Assembly: GCA_016699935.1 (NCBI GenBank)
Contig: CP064992.1
Span: 30,001-62,000 of the forward strand
From: Candidatus Saccharimonadota bacterium
GTDB taxonomy: Bacteria > Patescibacteriota > Saccharimonadia > Saccharimonadales > UBA4665
Direction: 5' to 3'
DNA length: 32,000 nucleotides
Part shown: positions 15,999-24,784 of the stretch, piece by piece
Numbering within the stretch: the first letter of the stretch is position 1
Layout of the letters: every line of letters starts with the position of its first letter
Notes under the pieces: model-generated
Database searches by the model: none
Told to the model about the DNA's origin: nothing
The model's input: only the letters and a program-made list of their open reading frames with translations
Position numbers and translations under genes: made by a program

Positions 15999-17083
15999 CA
16001 ACCTACAAAACAGCCGTCCTTGGTGCCACCGGCATGGTTGGCCAGCGTTTTATAAGCTTGCTCGAAAACCACCCTTGGTTTGAAGTAACGACTGTTGCTG
16101 CCTCACCTCGTTCGGCTGGCAAACCTTACAGCGAAGCGGTTGGCAACCGTTGGGCCATGAGTACTCCTATACCCAAGAACATCGCTTCGCTCAATGTCTT
16201 AGCCGTAGAAGACGATCTAAATACCATTGTGAGCAGTGTTGATGTAGTTTTCTGCGCGCTAGACATGGAAAAAGATGACATTCGTCGCATCGAGGAAGCC
16301 TATGCTGCCGCTGGTGTCGCAGTCATATCTAACAACTCTGCCCACCGCTGGACAGCTGACGTGCCGATGATTATGCCAGAGGTCAATCCCGAACACGCCA
16401 CTCTTATCGAGACGCAGCGCAAAAACCGTGGCTGGAGCACTGGCCTGATAGCAGTTAAGCCAAACTGTTCGATCCAGTCATATGTGTCAGTACTGACGGC
16501 CTTGACTGGCTTCAACCCGGTTGATGTACGCGTTACGAGCCTACAAGCCATCTCTGGAGCGGGCAAAACCTTTGCCACCTGGCCGGAAATGGTTGATAAT
16601 GTCATCCCCTTCATCGGCGGCGAAGAGGAAAAATCTGAACGTGAACCGATGAAAATCTGGGGGAAACTTGCCAAAGATACTGTCACACTCGCCACCAGCC
16701 CCACTATACATGCCACATGTATTCGTGTGCCCGCCAGCGATGGCCATATGGCCTCGGTATCTGTTACAGTTGCGTCGACACCTAGCAAAGAAGACATTCT
16801 CACAGCCGTAACAAACTTCGTTAATCCACTTGCCGAGATGGCTTTACCGAGTGCGCCCAAACAACTCATCGAATATTTCGAAGCTGAGGACAGACCACAA
16901 ACCAGGCTCGACCGTGACCGAGAAAACGGTATGGGTGTAAGCATGGGTCGACTGCGTCAGGTCGGTGAGCAGGAGTGGCAATTCATCGCCCTAGCACACA
17001 ACACCGTCCGTGGTGCCGCTGGTGGCGCCATCCTGATGGCCGAACTTCTAGCTGCTAAGGACTATATCCACCATACACGTTAA
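15995..17083 (+). CDS. asd: Aspartate-semialdehyde dehydrogenase
   Basis: Intact 362-aa ORF: AVLGATGMVGQRF.., active-site region ..KPNCSIQSY.., ..HNTVRGAAGGAIL... The start overlaps the lysC stop (ATGA). Confidence 0.9.
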   Translation: MTTYKTAVLGATGMVGQRFISLLENHPWFEVTTVAASPRSAGKPYSEAVGNRWAMSTPIPKNIASLNVLAVEDDLNTIVSSVDVVFCALDMEKDDIRRIEEAYAAAGVAVISNNSAHRWTADVPMIMPEVNPEHATLIETQRKNRGWSTGLIAVKPNCSIQSYVSVLTALTGFNPVDVRVTSLQAISGAGKTFATWPEMVDNVIPFIGGEEEKSEREPMKIWGKLAKDTVTLATSPTIHATCIRVPASDGHMASVSVTVASTPSKEDILTAVTNFVNPLAEMALPSAPKQLIEYFEAEDRPQTRLDRDRENGMGVSMGRLRQVGEQEWQFIALAHNTVRGAAGGAILMAELLAAKDYIHHTR

Positions 17084-17843
17084 GTACTCAGAATAAACTT
17101 TTCGATTGCCTCTGCAACGCCATCTTCTTCGAGTACACTAGTAACGTAATCGGCCACAGAGCGCACTTCGGGCGGCGCTTGCCCCATGGCCACTTTTAGT
17201 CCAGCCGCTTCTAGCATCGGCATGTCATTATAACCATCGCCAATCGCCATTACATTTCGTTTCTTCACACCAAGTAACTGGATTAATTTTTCGACACCAT
17301 AGCGTTTTGTGCCGTGTAGGTTAGTAACATGAATGTCCATGACATCGCCATCTTTCCACGAACTGGCGAGTTGAGCTGAGACGCCGTCAACACTATTAAA
17401 CGCTTCCACCATGTGCACCGCACTTTTTGTGTCTACCGCTTCGATAAAAAACTGTTCGGCTTCAGCAGTAATTTTATCTCTTGAGTCTATTTGGGTTGAA
17501 TACTGGTCAGCGTCAGTGTATATCGGGTATCAAACGGAAGCGCTAACTCTACCAACTCTTGTAGCCGCGGAACAGAAATGGTTTGGCGGTGAATAACTCT
17601 GCCACTCGGCAAGTCAATAACTACCGGGCCACCATTAAACACACTTGGCCCAACCAAGCCTAGTGAATCTACAACATCTCTTGCAAAATAAATAGCTCGT
17701 CCTGTTACGACCGCGACATGGACGCCAAAACTCTGAGCCGCTTTAACAGTCTGCACAACACGTTTAGTTGGTAAAGCATTTGGTTTTGATGCGACCAGTG
17801 TGCCATCAATATCAAGTAAAAGCAGTTTGTATTGGTTGCTCAT
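17080..17843 (-). CDS. Cof-type HAD-IIB phosphatase, one frameshift
   Basis: LLLLDIDGTLV (motif I), VVTGR (motif II), ...AIGDGYNDMPMLEAAG (motif IV). The N- and C-terminal ORFs join at about 17535 (..LPFD | YPIYTDADQY..). The span is 3n-1. Confidence 0.8.
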
Positions 17844-17875
17844 ATCTACATGATACTATACGCTTAGTAACAACT

Positions 17876-18245
17876 ATGACATATTCGGGTATTGTGCAAA
17901 AAGGTGATCAGTATGGGCGGACGCTGGGATTTCCGACGGCGAATCTGGACGCTGGTATATTGAAAGATGTCGAAAAAGAGGGGTATATAGCTGCACGGTT
18001 CGTCTGGGAAACGAAATTTACAGAGGCGCACTCTACTTGGGGCCGCGTTTGGTCCTGCACGAAACCAAACGCGTACTTGAGGTTCACATAATTGACTTTG
18101 ACCAAGAAATCTACGGCCAGACCCTGTCTTTCGAACTCGGCCCCTTCATCCGCCCCCAATGGATTTCGAAAACATCGAGGCGCTCAAAGCTCAATTCGCG
18201 GCAGACATAGCAGATGTGACATCCCAAGCAACAAATACCAGATAA
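17876..18245 (+). CDS. Riboflavin kinase (RFK domain only), two frameshifts
   Basis: MTYSGIVQKGDQYGRTLGFPTANL..EKEG | VY..VRLGNEIYRGALYLGPR..LEVHIIDFDQEIYGQTLSFELGPFIRP | PMDFENIEALKAQFAADI... The frame changes lie in the G4 run (about 17981-17984) and the C5 run (18153-18157). Confidence 0.75.
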
Positions 18246-18299
18246 ATCAGAACTCCGCAACACTAAACAAATCCTAAATACGAATGTTCAAATGTCTTA

Positions 18300-18600
18300 A
18301 ACTGCGGCCGTTTCGGCCTCATGAAAATTATCGCGTTAGCGATATAACTAGAGACGGCCATGCGGAGGCTCACGGCTCCAATGTTGTCATGTTTTACAAC
18401 TTCCGAAAGGCGGCGCGACTTGTTTGAATGGAGGCTAGTATTGCCGGTGGCAATACTAGCCGGAGTGAGTTGTCGCGTCGGTTGTAAAACTGGACAACAT
18501 TTGACCGAAGATGGAGCTTGTGGCCTGGTTTTTGGTCCAGGCCTTTTTGGCAGCAAAAGGCATGGTCGCCTGGCCGGGGCGAAACCCGGCATGACAACTG
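18300..18600 (+). ncRNA. Candidate structured RNA element, copy A (homolog of 25675-25990)
   Basis: Conserved blocks and helices are shared with copy B, and the stems show compensatory changes: 18391-18400/18481-18490, 18411-18419/18472-18480, and the hairpin 18434-18460. There is no conserved ORF. G-T pairs fit a plus-strand transcript. Confidence 0.4.
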
Positions 18601-18630
18601 AAATATGAAACAACGTCAGAAATGCCGTTT

Positions 18631-18728
18631 GGATTCCCGCCTGCGCGGGAATGACAAGGGTAGATTCTTCACTTCGTTCAGAATGACACGATGTGGACAT
18701 ATAGATGCTGAAATAGATTCAGCATGAC
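18631..18728. repeat. Three tandem REP-like hairpins, each ending in ATGAC
   Basis: GGATTCCCGC-CTGC-GCGGGAATGAC; GATTCTTCAC-TTCG-TTCAGAATGAC; GATGCTGAA-ATAGA-TTCAGCATGAC. Their translation gives the familiar ..VILNEVKNL../..FPRRRES.. artefact peptides. Confidence 0.6.
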
Positions 18729-18803
18729 AGCCCACGGGTATGACGGCGGTGATGAATACATCTTTCCCATACATCATTCTTCTCCCAATGCTATAGTGTA
18801 AGC

Positions 18804-20427
<1,624 letters not shown>

Positions 20428-20440
20428 TAGGGGTTAGGGA

Positions 20441-20461
20441 GTGGATGGTGGATGGTGGATG
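20441..20461 (+). repeat. Heptanucleotide tandem repeat GTGGATG x3
   Basis: Three perfect units with degenerate units on both sides. A related array on the other strand (ACGGTAG ACGGTAG GGTGTAG, 20521-20541) overlaps the stop of the convergent gene. Confidence 0.65.
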
Positions 20462-20527
20462 GATGGTCATAACATCACCGCTTCGCTAGCCTGAAGAGCC
20501 AAGCTGTTTTGTCCGAAAGCCTACACC

Positions 20528-21007
20528 CTACCGTCTACCGTCCTCGAGAATCAATACTGGGATATCATGAGATTCACGAGGTATATATTCAACCCCAGCC
20601 CAAGCGTAAGCGAGGCCGATTTTGAGAGCGTGGGGCTGAGTGGTGAGCCAGCGGTCGTACCAGCCACCACCCATTCCTAGGCGGTTGCCACCCCTGTCAA
20701 AACCGACCACTGGGACGAAAATGACGTCAAACTGGCCAGATGGAAAGACCACATTTGGTTCTGACTGGCCAATAGTGACCTGTATCTCTGGGTGTGATGC
20801 CGCTAGCCAGTCGATGATAGGCTGTGTATCTACCTCACCGAGTGATGCTAGCGAGCGGTAGACGTGTACGATCCGAACGTGCTGCCAATCTGTAGCGCCC
20901 GGTACCTTTCGCGCTATCTCTTGACTGGCCACCGCAATCTCATCCGATCCAAGCCCCATCCTACGAGCAAGCAGGTTTCGGCGGATTTCAGCTTTTTCAT
21001 CTTGCAT
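20528..21007 (-). CDS. 5-formyltetrahydrofolate cyclo-ligase
   Basis: MQDEKAEIRRNLLARR...VPVVGFDRGGNRLGMGGGWYDRWL.. is the family signature. I prefer the ATG at 21007, because the TTG at 21034 lies inside the upstream terminator. Confidence 0.8.
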   Translation of the reverse strand: MQDEKAEIRRNLLARRMGLGSDEIAVASQEIARKVPGATDWQHVRIVHVYRSLASLGEVDTQPIIDWLAASHPEIQVTIGQSEPNVVFPSGQFDVIFVPVVGFDRGGNRLGMGGGWYDRWLTTQPHALKIGLAYAWAGVEYIPRESHDIPVLILEDGRR

Positions 21008-21032
21008 AGCACCATTGTCGCACCTCAGCAAC

Positions 21033-21061
21033 AAAAGAAAAACCCCGGGCGAACCCAGGGC
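21033..21061 (-). terminator. Intrinsic terminator after the DUF1508 gene
   Basis: On the minus strand, CCCTGGG-TTCG-CCCGGGG is followed by TTTTTCTTTT. Confidence 0.55.
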
Positions 21062-21089
21062 TTTCTCCTGCTAGACAATTTTGCGTTTC

Positions 21090-21266
21090 TTAGCTGTCAA
21101 CCTCTACAACTTCGGCGTCGGCAGCAGCACGGGCGACTGCTTCGCAGCCACGAACTGCACCGTCTTTAGTGGTGTATTCTTCACCAGTGGCAACAACTTC
21201 ACCGTTACCTGCCTTTAGGCGCCATCGGTAACCACTTTTGCTTTGATAAACTTCAAACTTTGCCAT
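21090..21266 (-). CDS. YegP/DUF1508 family small protein (58 aa)
   Basis: Absent from the ORF track because it is under 60 aa. AAGGAGG lies 7 nt upstream. MAKFEVYQSKSGYRWRLKAGNGEVVATGEEYTTKDGAVRGCEAVARAA.. is the typical DUF1508 repeat. Confidence 0.8.
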   Translation of the reverse strand: MAKFEVYQSKSGYRWRLKAGNGEVVATGEEYTTKDGAVRGCEAVARAAADAEVVEVDS

Positions 21267-21374
21267 TTAATATCCTCCTTTAACTAGTATTTATATGATG
21301 CACCTAGCTGTTTAAAACTACAATAGCGAGCCAGAAAATTGTCGCTGCAAACTACAAGCGTATACTATAGTGGT

Positions 21375-22520
21375 ATGATCTCTTTTTTGTCACATACCAC
21401 CACCCTACTCTACCAGCGCGCTATCAAGCCAATTCTTTTTCGATCTACTCCCGACGCTGTTCACTCGCGGCTGATTCGGCTGAGCGCTTTGCGACAAAAA
21501 TTTCCACTCAGCGATAGCTTGGTGAGCCTAATGTGGGCGTATCACAACCAAGCCGCATTGGGGCAAAAAATCGACGGTGTATATTTCCCTAACCCAGTTG
21601 GTTTATCGGCTGGATTTGATAAAAGCATCGAGCTGTTACCAACCATCAAAGCAGTTGGCTTTGGCTACGAAACCGGTGGTTCGGTTACCTTTTTGCCCTG
21701 TGAGGGCAATCCGCGTCCTTGGTTTTACCGATTACCAACAAGTAAGTCCCTGGTGGTAAATGTCGGTCTTGCCAATGATGGTACGACTACGGCTTTGCAG
21801 CGAATCAAGCGATATCGCCAGAAAGTGCTGACGGATTTTCCATTGGTAATGTCCGTCGCGAAAACAAATAACCCCCAGAACTGCAGCGATTCAGAGGCGA
21901 TTGAAGATTATCTGGGTAGTTTACAGCAGCTCAAAGACGAGCCAAGGGTCACGATAGTTGAAATCAACATATCCTGCCCAAATGCTTACGGTGGTGAGCC
22001 ATTTACCGACCCCCCGCGACTTGCCGCACTTATGAAAGCTATAGATGGTCTAAAAATAGCTAAACCTATTTGGGTGAAAATGCCAATCAATCTTGCCTGG
22101 CCTGAGTTCGACGCCCTACTAAAAATTATTACCGCGCACAACGTCCAGGGGGTAACCATTGGAAACCTTAGTAAAGACCGACGAAGTGAAACTGTATCTG
22201 TAGAATTGCCAAATGAAGTGAAGGGCAACCTCAGCGGTCTTCCAACCCAAAAGCTTAGTGACGATCTTATCGAGAAAACATATCGAGAATATGGTGATCG
22301 CTTAACTATCATCGGGGTTGGTGGTATCTTCACAGCTGAAGATGCTTACCGCAAAATCTGTCTAGGAGCCAACCTGGTCGGGCTAATAACTGGCATGATT
22401 TTTGAAGGCCCCCAGCTTGTCGGGCAGGTAAACCGTAAACTCGTCGAGCTACTGAAACGTGACAACTTTTCGACAATAGGTGAGGCCGTGGGGTCAGCCC
22501 ACAGAACCCCGCAGGTTTAG
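21375..22520 (+). CDS. pyrD: Dihydroorotate dehydrogenase (class 2-like)
   Basis: ..FPNPVGLSAGFDK..NVGLAN..EINISCPN..GVTIGN..GVGGI... The ORF is open from 21339. I prefer the ATG at 21375 because TTGTCG-N16-TATACT (21339-21366) sits 8 nt upstream, a leaderless geometry. Confidence 0.85.
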   Translation: MISFLSHTTTLLYQRAIKPILFRSTPDAVHSRLIRLSALRQKFPLSDSLVSLMWAYHNQAALGQKIDGVYFPNPVGLSAGFDKSIELLPTIKAVGFGYETGGSVTFLPCEGNPRPWFYRLPTSKSLVVNVGLANDGTTTALQRIKRYRQKVLTDFPLVMSVAKTNNPQNCSDSEAIEDYLGSLQQLKDEPRVTIVEINISCPNAYGGEPFTDPPRLAALMKAIDGLKIAKPIWVKMPINLAWPEFDALLKIITAHNVQGVTIGNLSKDRRSETVSVELPNEVKGNLSGLPTQKLSDDLIEKTYREYGDRLTIIGVGGIFTAEDAYRKICLGANLVGLITGMIFEGPQLVGQVNRKLVELLKRDNFSTIGEAVGSAHRTPQV

Positions 22521-22532
22521 GATACAACTACA

Positions 22533-22566
22533 AGAGCCTCGGTTGCCGAGGCTCTCTACGTTTTCT
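22533..22566 (+). terminator. Intrinsic (possibly bidirectional) terminator after pyrD
   Basis: AGAGCCTCGG-TTG-CCGAGGCTCT (10-bp stem), followed by CTACGTTTTCTT. Confidence 0.6.
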
Positions 22567-22599
22567 TGCCGGTATATACCATATGCAAACTGTCCACGC

Positions 22600-22734
22600 C
22601 TAGAGCGCAAACCCCGCGATACGATGTGCCCTCCGGCGACGTTGCCATTTCGCCTCAAAGCGTCGAATGACTGCTTGAAGCTCGGCCTCGCTACGCGGCT
22701 GCAAGTTAAACGTTTGTGTAAAAATGTTGTTCAT
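22600..22734 (-). CDS. Candidate 44-aa basic protein (hypothetical)
   Basis: GGGAGGAAAACGT precedes the ATG. The peptide is MNNIFTQTFNLQPRSEAELQAVIRRFEAKWQRRRRAHRIAGFAL. It is below the ORF-track cutoff. A good SD sequence is the only support. Confidence 0.35.
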   Translation of the reverse strand: MNNIFTQTFNLQPRSEAELQAVIRRFEAKWQRRRRAHRIAGFAL

Positions 22735-22850
22735 ACGTTTTCCTCCCGTATGCTACTAAATATACTACCCGGAAAACTCGCTGATGGCAGTAATACAATT
22801 CACACATTTAGTGTGATAAATAATACAACTACGCTACAGGCTGAAAAATA

Positions 22851-23066
22851 TTACGCTTGGCCACCTTTGCGACCCGCTTCGCGGGCTCGCTCTGGGTTGT
22901 TTTTGAAGTTTCCGGGACTGACCGCACCACCGACCTTGCCCGCAGATGAAGCACGTTCGTGGTTGTTTTTGAAATTACCTGAACTGATTTTGCCACCTTT
23001 GCGACCAGCGCGAGCATGCCCCGCCGGGTCGCCGTGCCAACCTTTGCCCTTATTTTCTTTTGCCAT
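22851..23066 (-). CDS. KGG-repeat general stress protein (GsiB/YciG-like)
   Basis: MAKENKGKGWHGDPAGHARAGRKGG..SGNFKNN.ERA..AG.KGG repeats. GGAGG lies upstream. Confidence 0.8.
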   Translation of the reverse strand: MAKENKGKGWHGDPAGHARAGRKGGKISSGNFKNNHERASSAGKVGGAVSPGNFKNNPERAREAGRKGGQA

Positions 23067-23148
23067 AAAAACACTCCTCCACTATCGTACGCTTCACCGC
23101 TTATTCGTAGCTATAAAAAATCTTACAGGAAGGCAATTTCATTCAACG

Positions 23149-23433
23149 CTACACTCTTGGCCAAATAACCTTACCCATAATATCTTCGTGTCGAACAAGC
23201 CCAAAATGACGACTGTCGGTACTCTGGGCAGGGTTATCGCCCCGCACATCATACTTCTTACCCTCTACCGTTCTGATGCGTTTGATCTTTTCTTTGCCGT
23301 TGTGCAGCATAATAACCACGTCTTCGGCAACGTATCGTCGTTTTCGAAGCACAATCACAAACTGGTCGGGGTCAAGAACTGGCCACATGCTCTTGCCTAA
23401 TACTTGCCTGAAATAAATAATTTTGAGTTGCAT
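23149..23433 (-). CDS. sodX: S26-family peptidase, probable NiSOD maturation protease
   Basis: ..GKSMWPVL..(GxSMxP catalytic Ser)..KIKRI..GDNP..STDSRHFG... It lies immediately downstream of sodN on the same strand, the canonical sodN-sodX pairing. Confidence 0.7.
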   Translation of the reverse strand: MQLKIIYFRQVLGKSMWPVLDPDQFVIVLRKRRYVAEDVVIMLHNGKEKIKRIRTVEGKKYDVRGDNPAQSTDSRHFGLVRHEDIMGKVIWPRV

Positions 23434-23462
23434 TCTTGACTCTTAACTCATACCTGATAACT

Positions 23463-23843
23463 CTACTGCTTGGTTTCCCAGAAGATTTTCGCTATTTCAT
23501 CTATCATCTCCAGAAGCTTATCGGCTTCTGCTACGTCCATATGGTGTTTGCACTCACCAGCTTGCTTGGTCGCTAGCCAAAACTTTTCGTGCAAATCTGG
23601 GTACTTTTCTAGATGCACTGGCTTGAAATAATCTGTCCATAGCACCCACAGGTGGTGTTTTACCAGCTCGGCTCGCTGCTCGATGAGTATGACAGCACGA
23701 AGTTTATTGTGCTCGTCCAGCCCCTCGTACTTCGCCATCATAGCCTTGACACTCTCGGCCTCAATCCGTGCCTGCGCCGGGTCATAAACCCCACACGGCA
23801 AATCACAATGCGCATACACCGGCTTAATTCGAAATAGTTTCAT
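23463..23843 (-). CDS. sodN: Nickel superoxide dismutase precursor
   Basis: An 11-aa leader MKLFRIKPVYA is followed by the Ni-hook HCDLPCGVYDPAQARIEAESVKA, then ..EQRAELVKHHLWVLWTDYFKP.. and ..IFWETK. Very close to the Streptomyces SodN pattern. AAGGAG lies upstream. Confidence 0.92.
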   Translation of the reverse strand: MKLFRIKPVYAHCDLPCGVYDPAQARIEAESVKAMMAKYEGLDEHNKLRAVILIEQRAELVKHHLWVLWTDYFKPVHLEKYPDLHEKFWLATKQAGECKHHMDVAEADKLLEMIDEIAKIFWETKQ

Positions 23844-23905
23844 ACTGACTCTCCTTGCTCTTAATATTCTAACGTAAAATGCGCTAAACCGCTAAATATG
23901 GTATC

Positions 23906-24769
23906 TTGGTACCTGTGATAAAGTACAAGATATTCGAGTCGGATGGAAAATCCGAAATTGGTATAATTGTTGGGAATGTATTTGGCGATACGTTAGACCT
24001 ACCCTTTGGCAGTGAAGCCCATAAGAGTGAGCAGACAAATCGTGCCCAACAGCTTGCCCTAGCTACTGGTTGCACCGTATTGGCATTTGAACGACCTAGC
24101 ACTGGTCATACCCGGAGTATCATTCCGCTAGGTATCAGACGCATGGATCGTGTGGACAGTTTTGTGAGTGAAGCTGCAATGGTTGCAAAGGAACTTGCTG
24201 ATATCAGTGAAAAGCAAATGGAAACTAAAAAAATACTACTAATAGGGGCTTCTGCTGCTGGCTCCTATGCTATTACTATGACCCATTCACAAAATATTAT
24301 GCCCAACGGCTTAGGGGTTTTTGACCCTGTTGGGCTTATTCCTCTTACACGATTTGCATTTGCGAAAACGTGGCTAGACCACCAATTAGTTGAAGCAGCC
24401 CGTCCCGCAGAGCACCGAAATCACAATCGAGCGCCAGCGCACGGCGGCGCGAGGGGGGTACTCACTTCGGCCGACTACATAAGAAGATTGATTCCAGAGG
24501 TGGCACACAATCTGGGATTTTGGAGTAGTGGCATAGTTGGCAAACAGCTAATCGAGATTGCTAATGATAAAAGATACGAGTCCATCAGACTACATGTGAC
24601 GATTCCACAGCACACTTTCACTCACCGAGACGAATCACCCGAACAATTAGCTTCTTCAGGTAGATTAACGTTTGAGCAGCCACCAGGAACGTACCATTCC
24701 TGGACTGATGATGCTGCTAATTTTGCAAACTTTGCGAATAGAGTACTTTTATCAATGCAAAATAGCTAG
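23906..24769 (+). CDS. Hypothetical protein, possible alpha/beta hydrolase
   Basis: A GxSxG-like nucleophile elbow (LLIGASAAGSYAI) sits in a roughly 285-aa ORF. The start is uncertain (TTG at 23906 or GTG at 23915). Confidence 0.45.
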   Translation: MVPVIKYKIFESDGKSEIGIIVGNVFGDTLDLPFGSEAHKSEQTNRAQQLALATGCTVLAFERPSTGHTRSIIPLGIRRMDRVDSFVSEAAMVAKELADISEKQMETKKILLIGASAAGSYAITMTHSQNIMPNGLGVFDPVGLIPLTRFAFAKTWLDHQLVEAARPAEHRNHNRAPAHGGARGVLTSADYIRRLIPEVAHNLGFWSSGIVGKQLIEIANDKRYESIRLHVTIPQHTFTHRDESPEQLASSGRLTFEQPPGTYHSWTDDAANFANFANRVLLSMQNS

Positions 24770-24784
24770 AACTAGGCATAATGT

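Noticed and set aside
18263-18700. Minus-strand ORFs of 145, 67 and 70 aa (and 25829-26026, 65 aa) overlapping the structured elements and REP-like hairpins.
   Set aside because: The only similarity between the A and B ORFs (..VV(Q/R)FYNRR(D/E)NS..) reflects the conserved nucleotide helix. Frames and stops differ between the copies, and the remainder is the usual palindrome-translation artefact (..CHSERSEES..VIPAQAGIQ..).
18631-18728. Possible CRISPR array, suggested by repeated hairpins ending in ATGAC (also near 9445, 11215 and 26685).
   Set aside because: The units are not identical, there are no regularly sized unique spacers, each cluster has only 1-3 units, and no cas genes are present.
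22480-23400. 306-aa plus-strand ORF, the longest 'new' ORF in this part of the track.
   Set aside because: It runs antisense through the KGG stress gene, the 44-aa ORF and sodX. Its sequence is low-complexity (Pro/Leu/Arg-rich), and it has no SD or recognisable domain. It is an antisense shadow ORF.
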